The position numbers were made by a program, and so were the translations under genes. DNA of 64,000 bases. Source: Macrostomum lignano (taxonomy: Eukaryota). The notes beneath the pieces are model-generated. The model saw only the letters and a list, made by a program, of their open reading frames with translations. It was not told where the DNA came from and made no database searches. Below are positions 32,432 through 44,067 of the stretch, one piece after another. The stretch spans positions 124,001 to 188,000 of the forward strand of contig NIVC01000873.1 of the NCBI GenBank assembly GCA_002269645.1, in the 5' to 3' direction. The first letter of the stretch is position 1; the number at the start of each line of letters is the position of its first letter.

Positions 32432-35400
32432 ATGGCTGCCGCTAATCTTGAGAACCGCCTAGCCGGCGCACTGGACCCGGACATTGCCAGCCACGTGGCC
32501 GCCTACATGGCCAATAAGTCCGATCGTTCGGACGCGCTCGAATATTTAGCCGAATTTATCGATCATTCGAATCCTAAACACGCCGCTTTGCTAGCCGAAC
32601 TTCGCACCGAATGGCTGGCAAAGCCGGCTGCTGCTGCTGCTCAAGCGTCCGCTTCCATTCGTCTCACCCCTCAAGTTGCTCAAGCTGCTTCTGTAGGCTT
32701 GGAGAAGAAACCTATTGACCCGGTTTCGTCTGCTGCCGGCTCCACTAGCCGCAGGAGTGGCGACAAGTTTGTGCCTTTATTCAGCGAACTGGGCGACCAG
32801 ATTGCCGTAGCCATGCTGCCAGGCCGGCACAGATGCGACTGCGTTGCTACAAAGCACAGCCTAATTAACAATTGCCTTGGCTGCGGCAGGATTGTCTGCC
32901 AGCAGGAGGGCTCAGGGCCTTGCATGTTCTGCGGAGAATTAGTGGCTAGCAAGGCTGAGACTGAGGTGAGCAGTGGCTTTTCTAGCCTCAAATAGTATTT
33001 TTGGTTTCTCTAGGGCCAGGGGTTGTAGCCTAGTGGTTAGAGCGTCGGAATCGCTATTGAAAGGTCAGGGGTTCGATTCTCAACTCAATCGGAACAATTT
33101 GTGTCCTGGAGCAAGACGCTTAACTCTGCATTGCTTCAGTTCACCCAGCTGTAAAATGGGTTACCTGCATTAGCTGGGATAATTGAGGGTATGTGTGGCG
33201 ACCCTCCCCCCAAACCTCCCCCATTCCTTGGACTGAACAGCCGTACGCATCCTTCAGATGCGTCGCGCAATAGCTGCGGCTGAGCTGTCGGTTGCACATC
33301 AGGTCATTAGGGCAGGTGTAATAGATTATGTTATAATTAGTATTAGGGGGTGCTTTCACAAGGTCGAAATTTCACAACGTCGAAAAGTAAATTATTTCAC
33401 AAGGTCGAAACTTCACAAGGTCGAAATTTCACAACATCGAAAACTTTAGCAAGAGACTTCATAAGGTCGAAATTTCACAACATCGAAAACTCGAAAAGCA
33501 GCCACTTTCATAAGGTCGAAATTTCATAACATCGGAAACTCAAATAGCAGCCACTTTCACACGGTCGAAATTTCATAACATCGAAACTCAAACTTGTAAA
33601 AGTGGCTGCTTTTCGAGTTTTCGATGTTGTGAAATTTCGACCTTATGAAGTCTCTTGCTAAAGTTTTCGATGTTGTGAAATTTCGACTTTGTGAAATTTC
33701 GACCTTATGAAAGAGGCTGCTTTTCGAGTTTTCGACGTTGTGAAATTTCGAGTTTGTGAACCCCCCCCCCCCCCCCCCCCCGATTCCAGAGAGTATGGTT
33801 TCTATCACTGAACTCATCCCATAACCCAGCTTCCCCTCTGCCCCTCAGTCCACATGAAGTTTCAATACTTCTGCCCTCTCCCGGCGTCACACTCTCCAAC
33901 TCTTGGTCCGTTAAACCTCACTGTATAAAATTTGATAGATTTAGCAGCTCAACTATCAAAGTCTTATGTGAGCAATTTTAACAAAGTTATATACACAAAG
34001 CATGACTTTGACTGCAAGTCTGTCACTGGCCGAATCAACTGCCGCCTGCAGTGCCAACAGTCGCTGGTGTGAATACCCAACTATCCAATGCTTGAATGCG
34101 AGCCTGACCCTGATTAAATGGCATTCGATGACAAGCCTGTGATGTGTTCCTTACTACCAAGACCTTCTCAGCAATTAAGGAACAATCACTTCTAGCTACT
34201 TGCTAGGCAACCCAGTTATCAATCAAAGGTACTTCTTACCTTGGCGTCATTTGGAGATATCTCTTCTGTAGACTTCGAGTAGATCTCGCGTGGATCTCTT
34301 TGTGATCTCGTAGATCAGGCGCCTTGATTCTTCAGTTGCTCTGGTTCTGGTTCTTCTTGTACTTCCGATGAGGTTCCTTCCGGCCGGTGTCTTCAGTCAG
34401 GACCAATCAGAGGCCTCGTATTAACAATGGGATCCCTGCGCCAAATAGCGGTTTCTGTTAAGCCTTCTTCTAGAAGTGCCTCTATGCACTCTAGGTAATG
34501 CTCCGGATATCTCTAGTAGCTCCTCTAAGATCTACTAGGGTAGTCCTTCGGGCGACTACAGCCAATGGAGTCTCAACAGACTCAAGAGTCTCAACAGACT
34601 CAACTAGACTCAAGTAACACTGGACTTAGCGAGACGTCTCAACAACAGGCGCAAATAAAAAAGGCTTACTGCAACAACTCGACCAAGTCTTTCGTTTGAC
34701 TGGGCGACCAGGTAGTCTTCCTAAAGACAACTTCTTCGGAGCTTCTCCTATCGTCGGGAGTTGACTCCGGGTGCGCTTTGGACCGCTTATATTTATAGAC
34801 GATTCGGTAGTCCAAAAATAGCATCATGACTCCAAGGACTTCTAGACTAACAGGACGTAAAACTCAAAGATCGTGCAATTTTTTGGAGGCCACGATTTCC
34901 TGGAAAAAATACACTGCGAAGATAGGAAAAAATCTGTTTTTCGTCACAAAATCTGTGATTGTATTTGATCTGGAGCAGTGAAGACTACCATTCTTTTAAT
35001 TTAACATGCACAACATGTTACTCTATTATATTTTCATATAGCTGTGTAGTGAAGTTTTCATTTTCATATTGTTTTCACTTTATTTCATAAGCCCAAAGTT
35101 GCAAACTCACAAGTGGCATTAGCCAAACTTTTTGTGTTGTTCTTTTTAAAATAAAGTATAAAAACATTGCATGTAGGTACTCTTAGTCTTAAGCTATTAT
35201 TGTAGGTTTAGTAACTATACTAATTCCTAGGCCTACTAGAACTAGACCTATCACTACACTATCTAGCCTAATAAGTAATTAAATTTAGACAATGACTTAA
35301 AGATTAGTATATTTAGATTTTTTTATTATATATAGATTACCAATAAATAGTTTCATATGGTTGGTTACCTAGGCTTGAGAAAGCTGTATTATCAGTTTTT

Positions 35401-38400
35401 AAGCCAAGCCTATATTTAAGACTAAGATTTAAGAAGAATAGACTTAATCACAAAAATAGGCCCTAACCATTATCTATAAGAAAAAACATTGATTAGTCCT
35501 TTTATAATTTTTATTTTAAAGGCTAAAAATATTATTATATTACAAATTTGAATAGCTTTTCTTTTCTTGAATTTGATATTTGGCTAATGCCACTTGTGAG
35601 TTTGCAACTTTGGGCTTATGAAATAAAGTGAAAACAATATGAAAATGAAAACTTCACTACACAGCTATATGAAAATATAATAGAGTAACATATTGTGCAT
35701 GTTAAATTAAAAGAATGGTAGTCTTCACTGCCCCAGATCAAATACAATCACAGATTTTGTGACGAAAACTGATTTTTTCCTATCTTCGCAGTGTATTTTT
35801 TCCAGGAAATCGTGGCCTCCAAAAAATTGCACGATCTTTGAGTTTTACGTCCTGTTAGTCTAGAAGTCCTTGCATGACTCATGTGTTGCGCTATAAGGGG
35901 TAACATGACTCATCGCGTGTTATAAATAGTAACATGATTCATTGTGCTGCTATAAATAGTAACATGATTCATTCTGCTGCTATAAATAGTAACATGGTTC
36001 ATTTCTAAAGTTTAGGTGCGCATGCGTGCACTTACTTACTTATAGTAGCATCCTACTATTGTCAATTTACTTCTTTTGCGGGAGGTAGAGCACTCTACAC
36101 CTGCAGAGCTGCTTATTTAAAGCTAGTTGCCAGCCAGACTCAATAGAAGATCCACTGTTGCAGTGGAACAGGCAGACATGCGTGTGCTCGCTATTCCAAT
36201 ACCAGCAGATATGCAGAGCCGCTAGCAGTGCTGTGGTAAGCGACTGTTCAACTTATCGGCTTCAAGCACTGGCCACCTGCGATGCTTCTGTGTCAATTGG
36301 CTCTCCATTGATTGGCGTGTGGCTGGCTGGTAGGCGGCACAGGCTGAGCAATCTTGTGTGTGTGTGCCAGCCTGAGCCCAACAACTATCAGTTTGAAAGC
36401 ACCAATCTGCTTTGGACAGATGAAGGCGCCAGATTTGACGGCTCAACTTCTTACGGTCTGCTGAGGAATGAGCACTTTGTTTCTAAAAATAGTTTGTCAA
36501 ATTTCACCTGGCTGAAACGCGTGCCGAAAGTTCAACCGTTCATTGAGGCCGTGTCCTGCGCTGACTACTCCTTTGGACCTCATCTGTGGGAATTCGGCAA
36601 AGCTAATTAACTCTATTTTAATAAGAGCTGGACCAGTGTCTAAAGGCACCGATTTTGCATTGTTCTCGGATGCGTCTGCCTTGCCGCAACCTGCAGATTA
36701 TCCCTCGGATGCAACCTGCAGATTATCCCTCAGATGCAACCTGCAGATTATCCCTCAGATGCAACCTGTGTGCACAAAAAAATCCCCCATTTGCAGCTCA
36801 AGGCCGCTCAGCCAACTCAGATCCAGCAGCGGACCAGTCCGGCTCATCCGCCGCTCCCAGCTGGTCAGTCGAGGATTTCCCGCTGGCAAATCCCTCCATT
36901 GCCTGTCCGCCTCAGTTTGCCCGATGACCAGAATGCCTGGATTGATGTTGGCATAACTGCCGGGCCTACCAATGTCCCTAGTAGCCTGTTCTTAGGCCGA
37001 AGAATGCTCGAAGTCCTATCGCTTGACCGTACTCGTGTTTTTATATTGCTCTTGGCCACAGATTATCGTCCAACAACCACTAATCTTGAGGGAGTTGTCA
37101 GCGCTGTGGCAATAGCCAATGTGTCCATGTCCCTCCTCTTATGTCTCCTTAGATATCTTCTCTCTCATCATTTCTCTCACCTCTCATCTCTTCCTCTTCT
37201 CTCTCTATACCCACCGACCCCTGGTTTAAGCAGCCTATAACCGAGTAACGTGCGAATTCAACCTGTTTAATACATTATTCTTTTTTGTGACCCGTTATAA
37301 TTGAAATTTGTTATTTTTCCCTAGAACTTGAATACACGAAGCATGAAATAACTCAAGGCCATTGATTCTTCTCTCATTGTCTGGTCCAGTAGTGAGATTT
37401 CCTAACTAACTATAAGTCTAACTGTACTTTTGCAACTAATATAACGCTTATATAATAAGACTACGAGTATATTGGTTGTAGTCTAGTAGTAGTTAAACTG
37501 TCGGACTTACGACTTAAAGGGCGGGTGTTCGATTCTCAATTCACTTGGAACAATTTCTGTCCTAAAGCAAGACACTTAACTCTGCATTGCTTCAGTTCAT
37601 CCAGCTGTAAAATGGGTGCCAGCATTAGCTGGGGTAATTGAGGGTGTGTGGCGACCCCCCAGTCCTTAGACTGAACAGCCGTACGCAGCCTTCAGATGCG
37701 CTGCGCAATAGCTGCGGCTGAGCTGTCGGTTGCACATTTGGCCATTAGGCCGCGTATAATCAATAATAATAATTAATAATAATAATAATAATATTAAACT
37801 TCTACGTCAGATCCTGGCTCGCGGCTCTAAGAAAAGCGACCAACTGCGTCGCCAGCTAATGTCGGCAGTCTCGGCGTCGACGCCGCCTGACGATGCCGCC
37901 CTTGACGCCGCGCTGGCGGTGAAGCAGAAGCTGCTAGAATATGACCGGAATAGCGCCAGGCGTACCAAGGTTATCGACGATCAGATGGATTATTTTGAGT
38001 CCGACGGCGCCGTTTGGTTGTCGGACGCTGAAAAGTCGAAATTGCGCCAGCGCGAGTCGGAAATCCGGCAGCAGAGACACAAGTCCCGGCTGGAGCGTCG
38101 GCTGGTGTACGATTTTGCCGGCCGGTGTCTGGTTGACGATCCGGATCCCGCCGCGCAGGGCCACATCGACCCCGAGCAGGACGATGTGCTGCGCGAGATT
38201 GCCGAGGCCAGGACTCGTGCTGGTCAGTGGACACTGAGATTAACCCTCAGGTGCAACTGTAGAGATTAATCCTCAGGTGCAACTGTAGAGATTAACCTTC
38301 AGATGCAACCTGCAGACACAGAGATTAATCCTCAGATGCAACCTGCAGATTATCCCTCAGATGCAACCTGCAGATTATCCCTCAGATCATACATGCGCAA

Positions 38401-41120
38401 CAGTCGGCCGAGTCGGCCGATCCGGCCGACCGATTTGGCGGCCAACCAAGGAAGTCGCAAAAATGCCCACCCAAAAAAACACCCAAGTAGTAGTACTAAG
38501 TAGCTGACGAGGCATTTTGACTTAATAAGACAGTCATAGTTACTCCTGCCGTTTACCCAAAGTTGCGTTAATTTTGCTTTAGGGTTTTTTTTACATGTAA
38601 GTCGCATTTTTGGCCAAAAACTATGTCGCATTTTGTTAAAACTAAGTCGCACGGCCGACCGAATTTTAGAGGTTGCGCATGTATGCCTCAGATGCAACCT
38701 GCAGATTATCCCTCAGATGCAACCTGCAGATTATCCCTCAGATGCAACCTGCAGATTATCCCTCAGATGCAACCTGCAGATTATCCCTCAGATGCAACCT
38801 GCAGATTATCCCTCAGATGCAACCTGCAGATTATCCCTCAGATGCAACCTGCAGATTATCCCTCAGATGCAACCTGTGTGCACAGATTAACCCTCAGATT
38901 TGTTGCCAGGCTATCACAAAAAAATCCCCCATTTGCAGCTCAAGGCCGCTCAGCCAACTCAGATCCAGCAGCGGACCAGTCCGGCTCATCCGCCGCTCCC
39001 AGCTGGTCAGTCGAGGATTTCCCGCTGGCAAATCCTTCCATTGCCTGTCCGCCTCAGTTTGTCGCCACCGAGCCGGCTGGCAAGAGCGGCGGCAAGCAGC
39101 AGCAGTCCAGCTCAGCCCAGTCCAGCTCCGATGCTAAACGCGCGGCTCTCCGACTGCAGGATGCCGACTTGCGCGAGCTCCGCGATGACGGCCACTGTCT
39201 GAGCATGCACCAGCCTTGGGCTACCCTACTTGTGCGCGGTATTAAAGTACACGAAGGACGCAGCTGGTACACTGCCCACCGCGGCCGGCTCTGGATCGCC
39301 GCCACTGCCAGGCGTCCAAGCGACGAGGAGGTCGCCGCCGTGCTGTCCGAATATCGGCAGCGCCTGCCCGATGCCGAATTCCCGACAGCCTATCCGACTG
39401 GCTGCCTGCTTGGCTGCGTTCACGTTGACGATGTGCTGCCGCAAGATGAGTACAGGGAGCAGTTTCCCCAGGTAGGCGATGGTTCCGGGTTATTGTTGAG
39501 TGAGATGTGCTCATCATTGACTGAGATGTGCTCATCATTGACTGAGATGTGCTCATCATTGACTGAGATGTGCTCATCATTGACTGAGATGTGCTCATCC
39601 TTGACTGAGATGTGCTCATCCTTGACTGAGATGTGCTCATCATTGACTGAGATGTGCTCATCATTGACTGGGATGTGCTCATCTTTGACTGAGATGTGCT
39701 CATCCTTGACTGAGATGTGCTCATCATTGACTGAGATGTGCTCATCCTTGACTGAGATGTGCTCATCCTTGACTGAGATGTGCTCATCATTGACTGAGAT
39801 GTGCTCATCATTGACTGAGATGTGCTCATCATTGACTGGGATGTGCTCATCTTTGACTGAGATGTGCTCATCCTTGACTGAGATGTGCTCATCCTTGACT
39901 GGGATGTGCTCATCATTGACTGAGATGTGCTCATCTTTGACTGAGATGTGTTCATTCATGACTAAGATGTGACTCATCCTTGATTGAGATTTGCTCATCA
40001 TTGATTAAGAGGTTCTCAATTCTTGGCTGAGATGTGGTCATCCTTGACAGATATGTGCTCATCCTTGACTGAGATGTGCTCATCCTTGACTGAGATGTGC
40101 TCATCATTGACTGAGATGTGCTCATCATTGACTGAGATGTGCTCATCCTTGACTGAGATGTGCTCATCCTTGACTGAGATGTGCTCATCATTGACTGAGA
40201 TGTGCTCATCATTGACTGGGATGTGCTCATCTTTGACTGAGATGTGCTCATCCTTGACTGAGATGTGCTCATCATTGACTGAGATGTGCTCATCCTTGAC
40301 TGAGATGTGCTCATCCTTGACTGAGATGTGCTCATCATTGACTGAGATGTGCTCATCCTTGACTGAGATGTGCTCATCATTGACTGAGATGTGCTCATCA
40401 TTGACTGAGATGTGCTCATCATTGACTGGGATGTGCTCATCTTTGACTGAGATGTGCTCATCCTTGACTGAGATGTGCTTATCCTTGACTGGGATGTGCT
40501 CATCATTGACTGAGATGTGCTCATCCTTGACTGAGATGTGCTCATCATTGACTGAGATGTGCTCATCATTGACTGAGATGTGCTCATCATTGACTGGGAT
40601 GTGCTCATCTTTGACTGAGATGTGCTCATCCTTGACTGAGATGTGCTTATCCTTGACTGGGATGTGCTCATCATTGACTGAGATGTGCTCATCTTTGACT
40701 GAGATGTGTTCATTCATGACTAAGATGTGACTCATCCTTGATTGAGATTTGCTCATCATTGATTAAGAGGTTCTCAATTCTTGGCTGAGATGTGGTCATC
40801 CTTGACAGAGATGCGCATATGATCATGACTGAGTGTCATATGATCATCACTCAGGGTCATATAATCATCACTGAGTGTCACATGATCATCACTGAGGGTC
40901 ATAATTATCACTGAGTATCATATTACCTCGTATCATCACAGAGTGTCACATTCCGTCAACCCCATTTCAGGGCGAGAGCGAGTCGCCATTCGTGCTTTTG
41001 TGCTCAAATCCTCGCGAACTGCTGCTAAAGCTGCCGATGAAGGGGGAGCACAAAATCTACCGGCTGGACAAGCAGCTGCACAAGGCGGCTTTGGCCGGAT
41101 TAGCTCGCGGCGGCGTCTAG
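32432..41120 (+). CDS. TRIP4: Activating signal cointegrator 1 (ASC-1; C2HC5 zinc finger + ASCH domain), 4 exons, 542 aa
   Basis: Exons 32432-32965, 37811-38222, 38939-39471, 40971-41120 (1629 nt, phases 0/1/0). Zinc finger RHRCDCVATKHSLINNCLGCGRIVCQQEGSGPCMFCG; VIDDQMDYF; ASCH CLSMHQPWATLLVRGIKVHEGRSWYTAHRGRLWIAAT...GCLLGCV...ESESPFVLLCSNPRELLLKLPMKGEHKIYRL. Confidence 0.95.
33012..33335 (+). mobile_element. tRNA-derived SINE with CORE-like domain, copy 1
   Basis: Head GGTTGTAGCCTAGTGGTTAGAGCG...GGTTCGATTCT (A/B boxes); core GTGTCCTGGAGCAAGACGCTTAACTCTGCATTGCTTCAGTTCACCCAGCTGTAAAATGGG; homologous to 37470 and 45880. Confidence 0.85.
33346..33782. mobile_element. Foldback-type element made of inverted arrays of short repeats
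   Basis: Left half: tandem CACAAGGTCGAAATTTCACAACATCGAAAA units; right half: their reverse complement; G-run at left end, C-run at right end. Confidence 0.7.
33930..36610 (+). pseudogene. Possible fragmented PAN/apple + LamG-like secreted-protein sequence nested in TRIP4 intron 1
   Basis: About 33930-34070 reads LIDLAAQLSKSYVSNFNKVIYTKHDFDCKSVTGRINCRLQCQQSLV*; 36158-36610 reads QWNRQTCVCSLF...GARFDGSTSYGLL...SNFTW. PAN-like Cys spacing and a LamG/pentraxin-like F-D-G-x-x-S-Y motif by eye; separated by ~2 kb containing a MITE. Confidence 0.3.
34833..35872. mobile_element. hAT-type MITE, 1040 bp, ~295-bp near-perfect TIRs, 8-bp TSD
   Basis: CATGACTC|CAAGGACTTCTAGACTAACAGG ... CCTGTTAGTCTAGAAGTCCTTG|CATGACTC; arms about 34833-35127 and 35579-35872. 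Confidence 0.95.
36686..36919 (+). other. Duplicated copy of the TRIP4 intron 2/exon 3 junction lying in intron 1
   Basis: 25-bp repeat units + aatcccccatttgcag|ctcaaggcc...cctcagtttg match about 38790-39061, with a ~34-nt deletion and isolated substitutions. Confidence 0.95.
37470..37790 (+). mobile_element. tRNA-derived CORE-like SINE, copy 2, with (AAT)n tail
   Basis: Homologous to 33012-33335; tail ends about 20 nt before the TRIP4 exon 2 acceptor. Confidence 0.85.
38230..38900. repeat. 25-bp minisatellite in TRIP4 intron 2, interrupted by a MITE
   Basis: Unit CCTCAGATGCAACCTGCAGATTATC. Confidence 0.95.
38388..38685. mobile_element. hAT-type MITE, 298 bp, 14-bp TIR, 8-bp TSD
   Basis: CCTCAGAT|CATACATGCGCAAC ... 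GTTGCGCATGTATG|CCTCAGAT; subterminal GTCGCA/CGGCCGA repeats. Confidence 0.92.
39495..40810. repeat. 21-bp minisatellite in TRIP4 intron 3 with a 758-bp block duplication
   Basis: Unit TGACTGAGATGTGCTCATCAT; the degenerate end block at 39951 recurs at 40709. Confidence 0.97.
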
Positions 41121-41659
41121 TTATTCCAAGAAAGCGCTTGCCGCTCTCTGCGTTGGCTATTATGCTGCCCATGCATCGTTCTCTGCTTTCAGTTCCGGTT
41201 GCCAAGCTTTAACTGCTAAACTGTGTGATTTCTACTGCAGATACTACTATAGTGTCTATTAAGTAGTACGATAATACATTTTTATTATAATGCAGAAGCC
41301 TGCAAACTCCATGTTTACAGATCTGCTCAAAGTAGACAATTGATAGAAGTATTAAAATCCCAAGAATCCCTAAAACTGTACCTTAATTTCGAAAGAAAAC
41401 CTTTGTTTTCTGTGGACTGCTGGTTCAAGATTTCGTCTTACATTTGTTGAGCTAAATGCAATACAAAATATGGCATTTTTGGTAAATCCCTTTTGCAACC
41501 CCCCTCATGAAACTTATGGTGGAATGCTACTTTGTATGTCATATCCAGTACGTCATAGAGAAGAAATATATTGATTGATTTGTTCGCAAGCTGTTTCCTG
41601 CTGTTGTATCTGTTGACTTTTAATCAGTTTTTTTATTTCACATTATATGTATCATAACT

Positions 41660-42430
41660 TAGCTGTCAGGGTACTGGGTGCAGCTGTCAGGGCACTGGGT
41701 GTAGCTGTCAGCACACTGGGTGCAGCTGTCAGGGCACTGGGTGCAGCTGTCAGGGCACCGGTTGCAGCTGTCAGGGCACCGGTTGCAGCTGTCAGGGCAC
41801 TGGGTGTAGCTGTCAGGGCACTGGGTGTAGCTGTCAGGGCACTGGGTGTAGCTGTCAGGGCACTGGGTGTAGCTGTCAGGGCACTGGGTGCAGCTGTCAG
41901 GGTACTGGGTGCAGCTGTCAGGGTACTGGGTGCAGCTGTCAGCACACTGGGTGCAGCTGTCAGGGCACTGGGTGCAGCTGTCAGGGCGCACTGGGTGCAG
42001 CTGTCAGGGCACTGGGTGCAGCTGTCAGGGCGCACTGGGTGCAGCTGTCAGGGCACCGGTTGCAGCTGTCAGGGCACCGGTTGCAACTGTCAGGGCACTG
42101 GGTGTAGCTGTCAGGGCACTGGGTGTAGCTGTCAGGGCACTGGGTGTAGCTGTCAGGGCACTGGGTGCAGCTGTCAGGGTACTGGGTGCAGCTGTCAGGG
42201 TACTGGGTGCAGCTGTCAGCACACTGGGTGCAGCTGTCAGGGCACTGGGTGCAGCTGTCAGGGCGCACTGGGTGCAGCTGTCAGGGCACTGGGTGCAGCT
42301 GTCAGGGCGCACTGGGTGCAGCTGTCAGGGCACTGGGTGCAGCTGTCAGGGTACCGGTTGCAGCTGTCAGGGCACCGGTTGCAGCTATCAGGACACACTG
42401 GGTGTAGCTGTCAGAGCACACTGGGTGTCA
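41660..42430. repeat. 21-bp minisatellite (23-bp variants) between TRIP4 and RPB5
   Basis: Unit GCAGCTGTCAGGGCACTGGGT. Confidence 0.96.
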
Positions 42431-42477
42431 GGACCCCAGCTATTATTAATCTACTTCTCCCCAATTCCAGCTGAACA

Positions 42478-43119
42478 ATGGACGACGAGGCGGAGACCTA
42501 CAAGCTGTGGAAGGTGCGGCGCACCATCAACCAGATGTGCAGAGACAGGGGCTACCTGATCCTGCAGGAGGAGTGCACCCAGACTCTGGAAGAGTTCAAA
42601 CAGCAGTTCGGTGATCAGCCCTGCTCAGCGCAGAAGCCGTCCCGTTCCGACCTGACAATGCTGGTTGCTCACCAGGAGGATCCAACAGACCGGATGATTG
42701 TGTTCTTTGCTGACGAGCCCAAGCTGGGCATTAAACACGTGAAGACCTACGTGAACCGGATGCAGCAGGAGGGCGTTTACAAAGCCATCCTAGTCATCCA
42801 GGCCAGCGGAGGCATGTCACCGTCTGCTAAGCAATCCCTGCTAGACATTCAGCCGAAGTACACTCTGGAGCATTTCTTCGAATCCGAGCTGATGATTAAC
42901 ATCACGGAGCACGAGCTGGTGCCGCGGCACGAACTGCTGACGCCAGCGGAGAAGAAGGAGCTGCTGGATCGCTACCGATTCAAGGAGAGCCAGCTGCCAA
43001 AAATACAGCTGGGCGATCCCGTGGCTCGCTATCTGGGCTTGAAGAAGGGCGAAGTTGTTAAAATTATTCGATCCTCGGACACTGCCGGACGCTATGTCAC
43101 CTATCGGATTGTTGTGTGA
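42478..43119 (+). CDS. POLR2E: RNA polymerases I, II, III shared subunit RPABC1 (RPB5), intronless CDS, 213 aa
   Basis: [26 protein letters not shown]...[15 protein letters not shown]...[42 protein letters not shown]; acceptor ttccag 7 nt before ATG. Confidence 0.98.
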   Translation: MDDEAETYKLWKVRRTINQMCRDRGYLILQEECTQTLEEFKQQFGDQPCSAQKPSRSDLTMLVAHQEDPTDRMIVFFADEPKLGIKHVKTYVNRMQQEGVYKAILVIQASGGMSPSAKQSLLDIQPKYTLEHFFESELMINITEHELVPRHELLTPAEKKELLDRYRFKESQLPKIQLGDPVARYLGLKKGEVVKIIRSSDTAGRYVTYRIVV

Positions 43120-43299
43120 CTTGGCTCACTGTGGAGTTTGCTGGGGCTTGCATTTCTATATCCGCCTTGCTTTATTATTGATACTAGTAATAATACGGGC
43201 TTGAATCAATTCTAAGGGGATCTGCTGGTAACGTGTTTCGTATTTATTGGCCAATTCTTTTTTTTGTTATTTTCTTGTCTCTTGAAAATTTTACTTTAA

Positions 43300-43990
43300 A
43301 ATAAGTAGGCGGTGAGAGGAGAGTAGAGTGGCTACTCAAAGTAGGCAGTGAGAGGAGAGTAGAGAGGCTACTCAACGTAGGCAGTGAGAGGAGAGTAGAG
43401 AGGCTACTCAACGTAGGCAGTGAGAGGAGAGTAGAGAGGCTACTCAACGTAGGCAGTGAGAGGAGAGTAGAGAGGCTACTAAAAGTAGGCGGAGATAGGA
43501 GAGTAGAGACGCGACTCAAATTAGGCAGTGAGAGGCGAGTAGAGACGCGACTCAAATTAGGCAGTGAGAGGAGAATGGAGAGGCTACTCAAAGTAGACAG
43601 GTGAGTGTAGAGGCTACTCAAAGTAGACAGGTGAGTGTAGAGGCTACTCAGAGTAGACAGGTGAATGTAGAGGCTACTCAAAGTAGACAGGTGAGTGTAG
43701 AGGCTACTCAAAGTAGACAGGTGAGTGTAGAGGCTACTCAAAGTAGACAGGTGAATGTAGAGGCTACTCAAAGTAGACAGGTGAGTGTAGAGGCTACTCA
43801 AAGTAGACAGGTGAGTGTAGAGGCTACTCAAAGTAGACAGGTGAGTGTAGAGGCTACTCAAAGTAGACAGGTGAATGTAGAGGCTACTCAAAGTAGACAG
43901 GTGAATGTAGAGGCTACTCAAAGTAGACAGGTGAATGTAGAGGCTACTCAAAGTAGACAGGTGAGTGTAGAGGCAACTCAAAGTACATGT
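43300..43990. repeat. Compound minisatellite (36-bp then 30-bp units) between RPB5 and the GNAT gene
   Basis: AGGCTACTCAACGTAGGCAGTGAGAGGAGAGTAGAG changing to AGGCTACTCAAAGTAGACAGGTGAGTGTAG (13 copies). Confidence 0.96.
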
Positions 43991-44067
43991 AGGCAGGTGT
44001 GGTCACAAGACAAAAGCTTACCCGCATCGCCGTCCGTCGCTTTTCATGCTGCTCGTCAACCGCGACC

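Noticed and set aside
33012-33090. tRNA gene
   Set aside because: A/B boxes are present but there is no convincing cloverleaf, and the head continues into a shared SINE body in three copies.
43120-44067. GNAT gene as third member of a TRIP4-RPB5 operon
   Set aside because: No pyrimidine-rich acceptor before its ATG, and the spacer is full of donor-like sites, unlike an outron; left unresolved.
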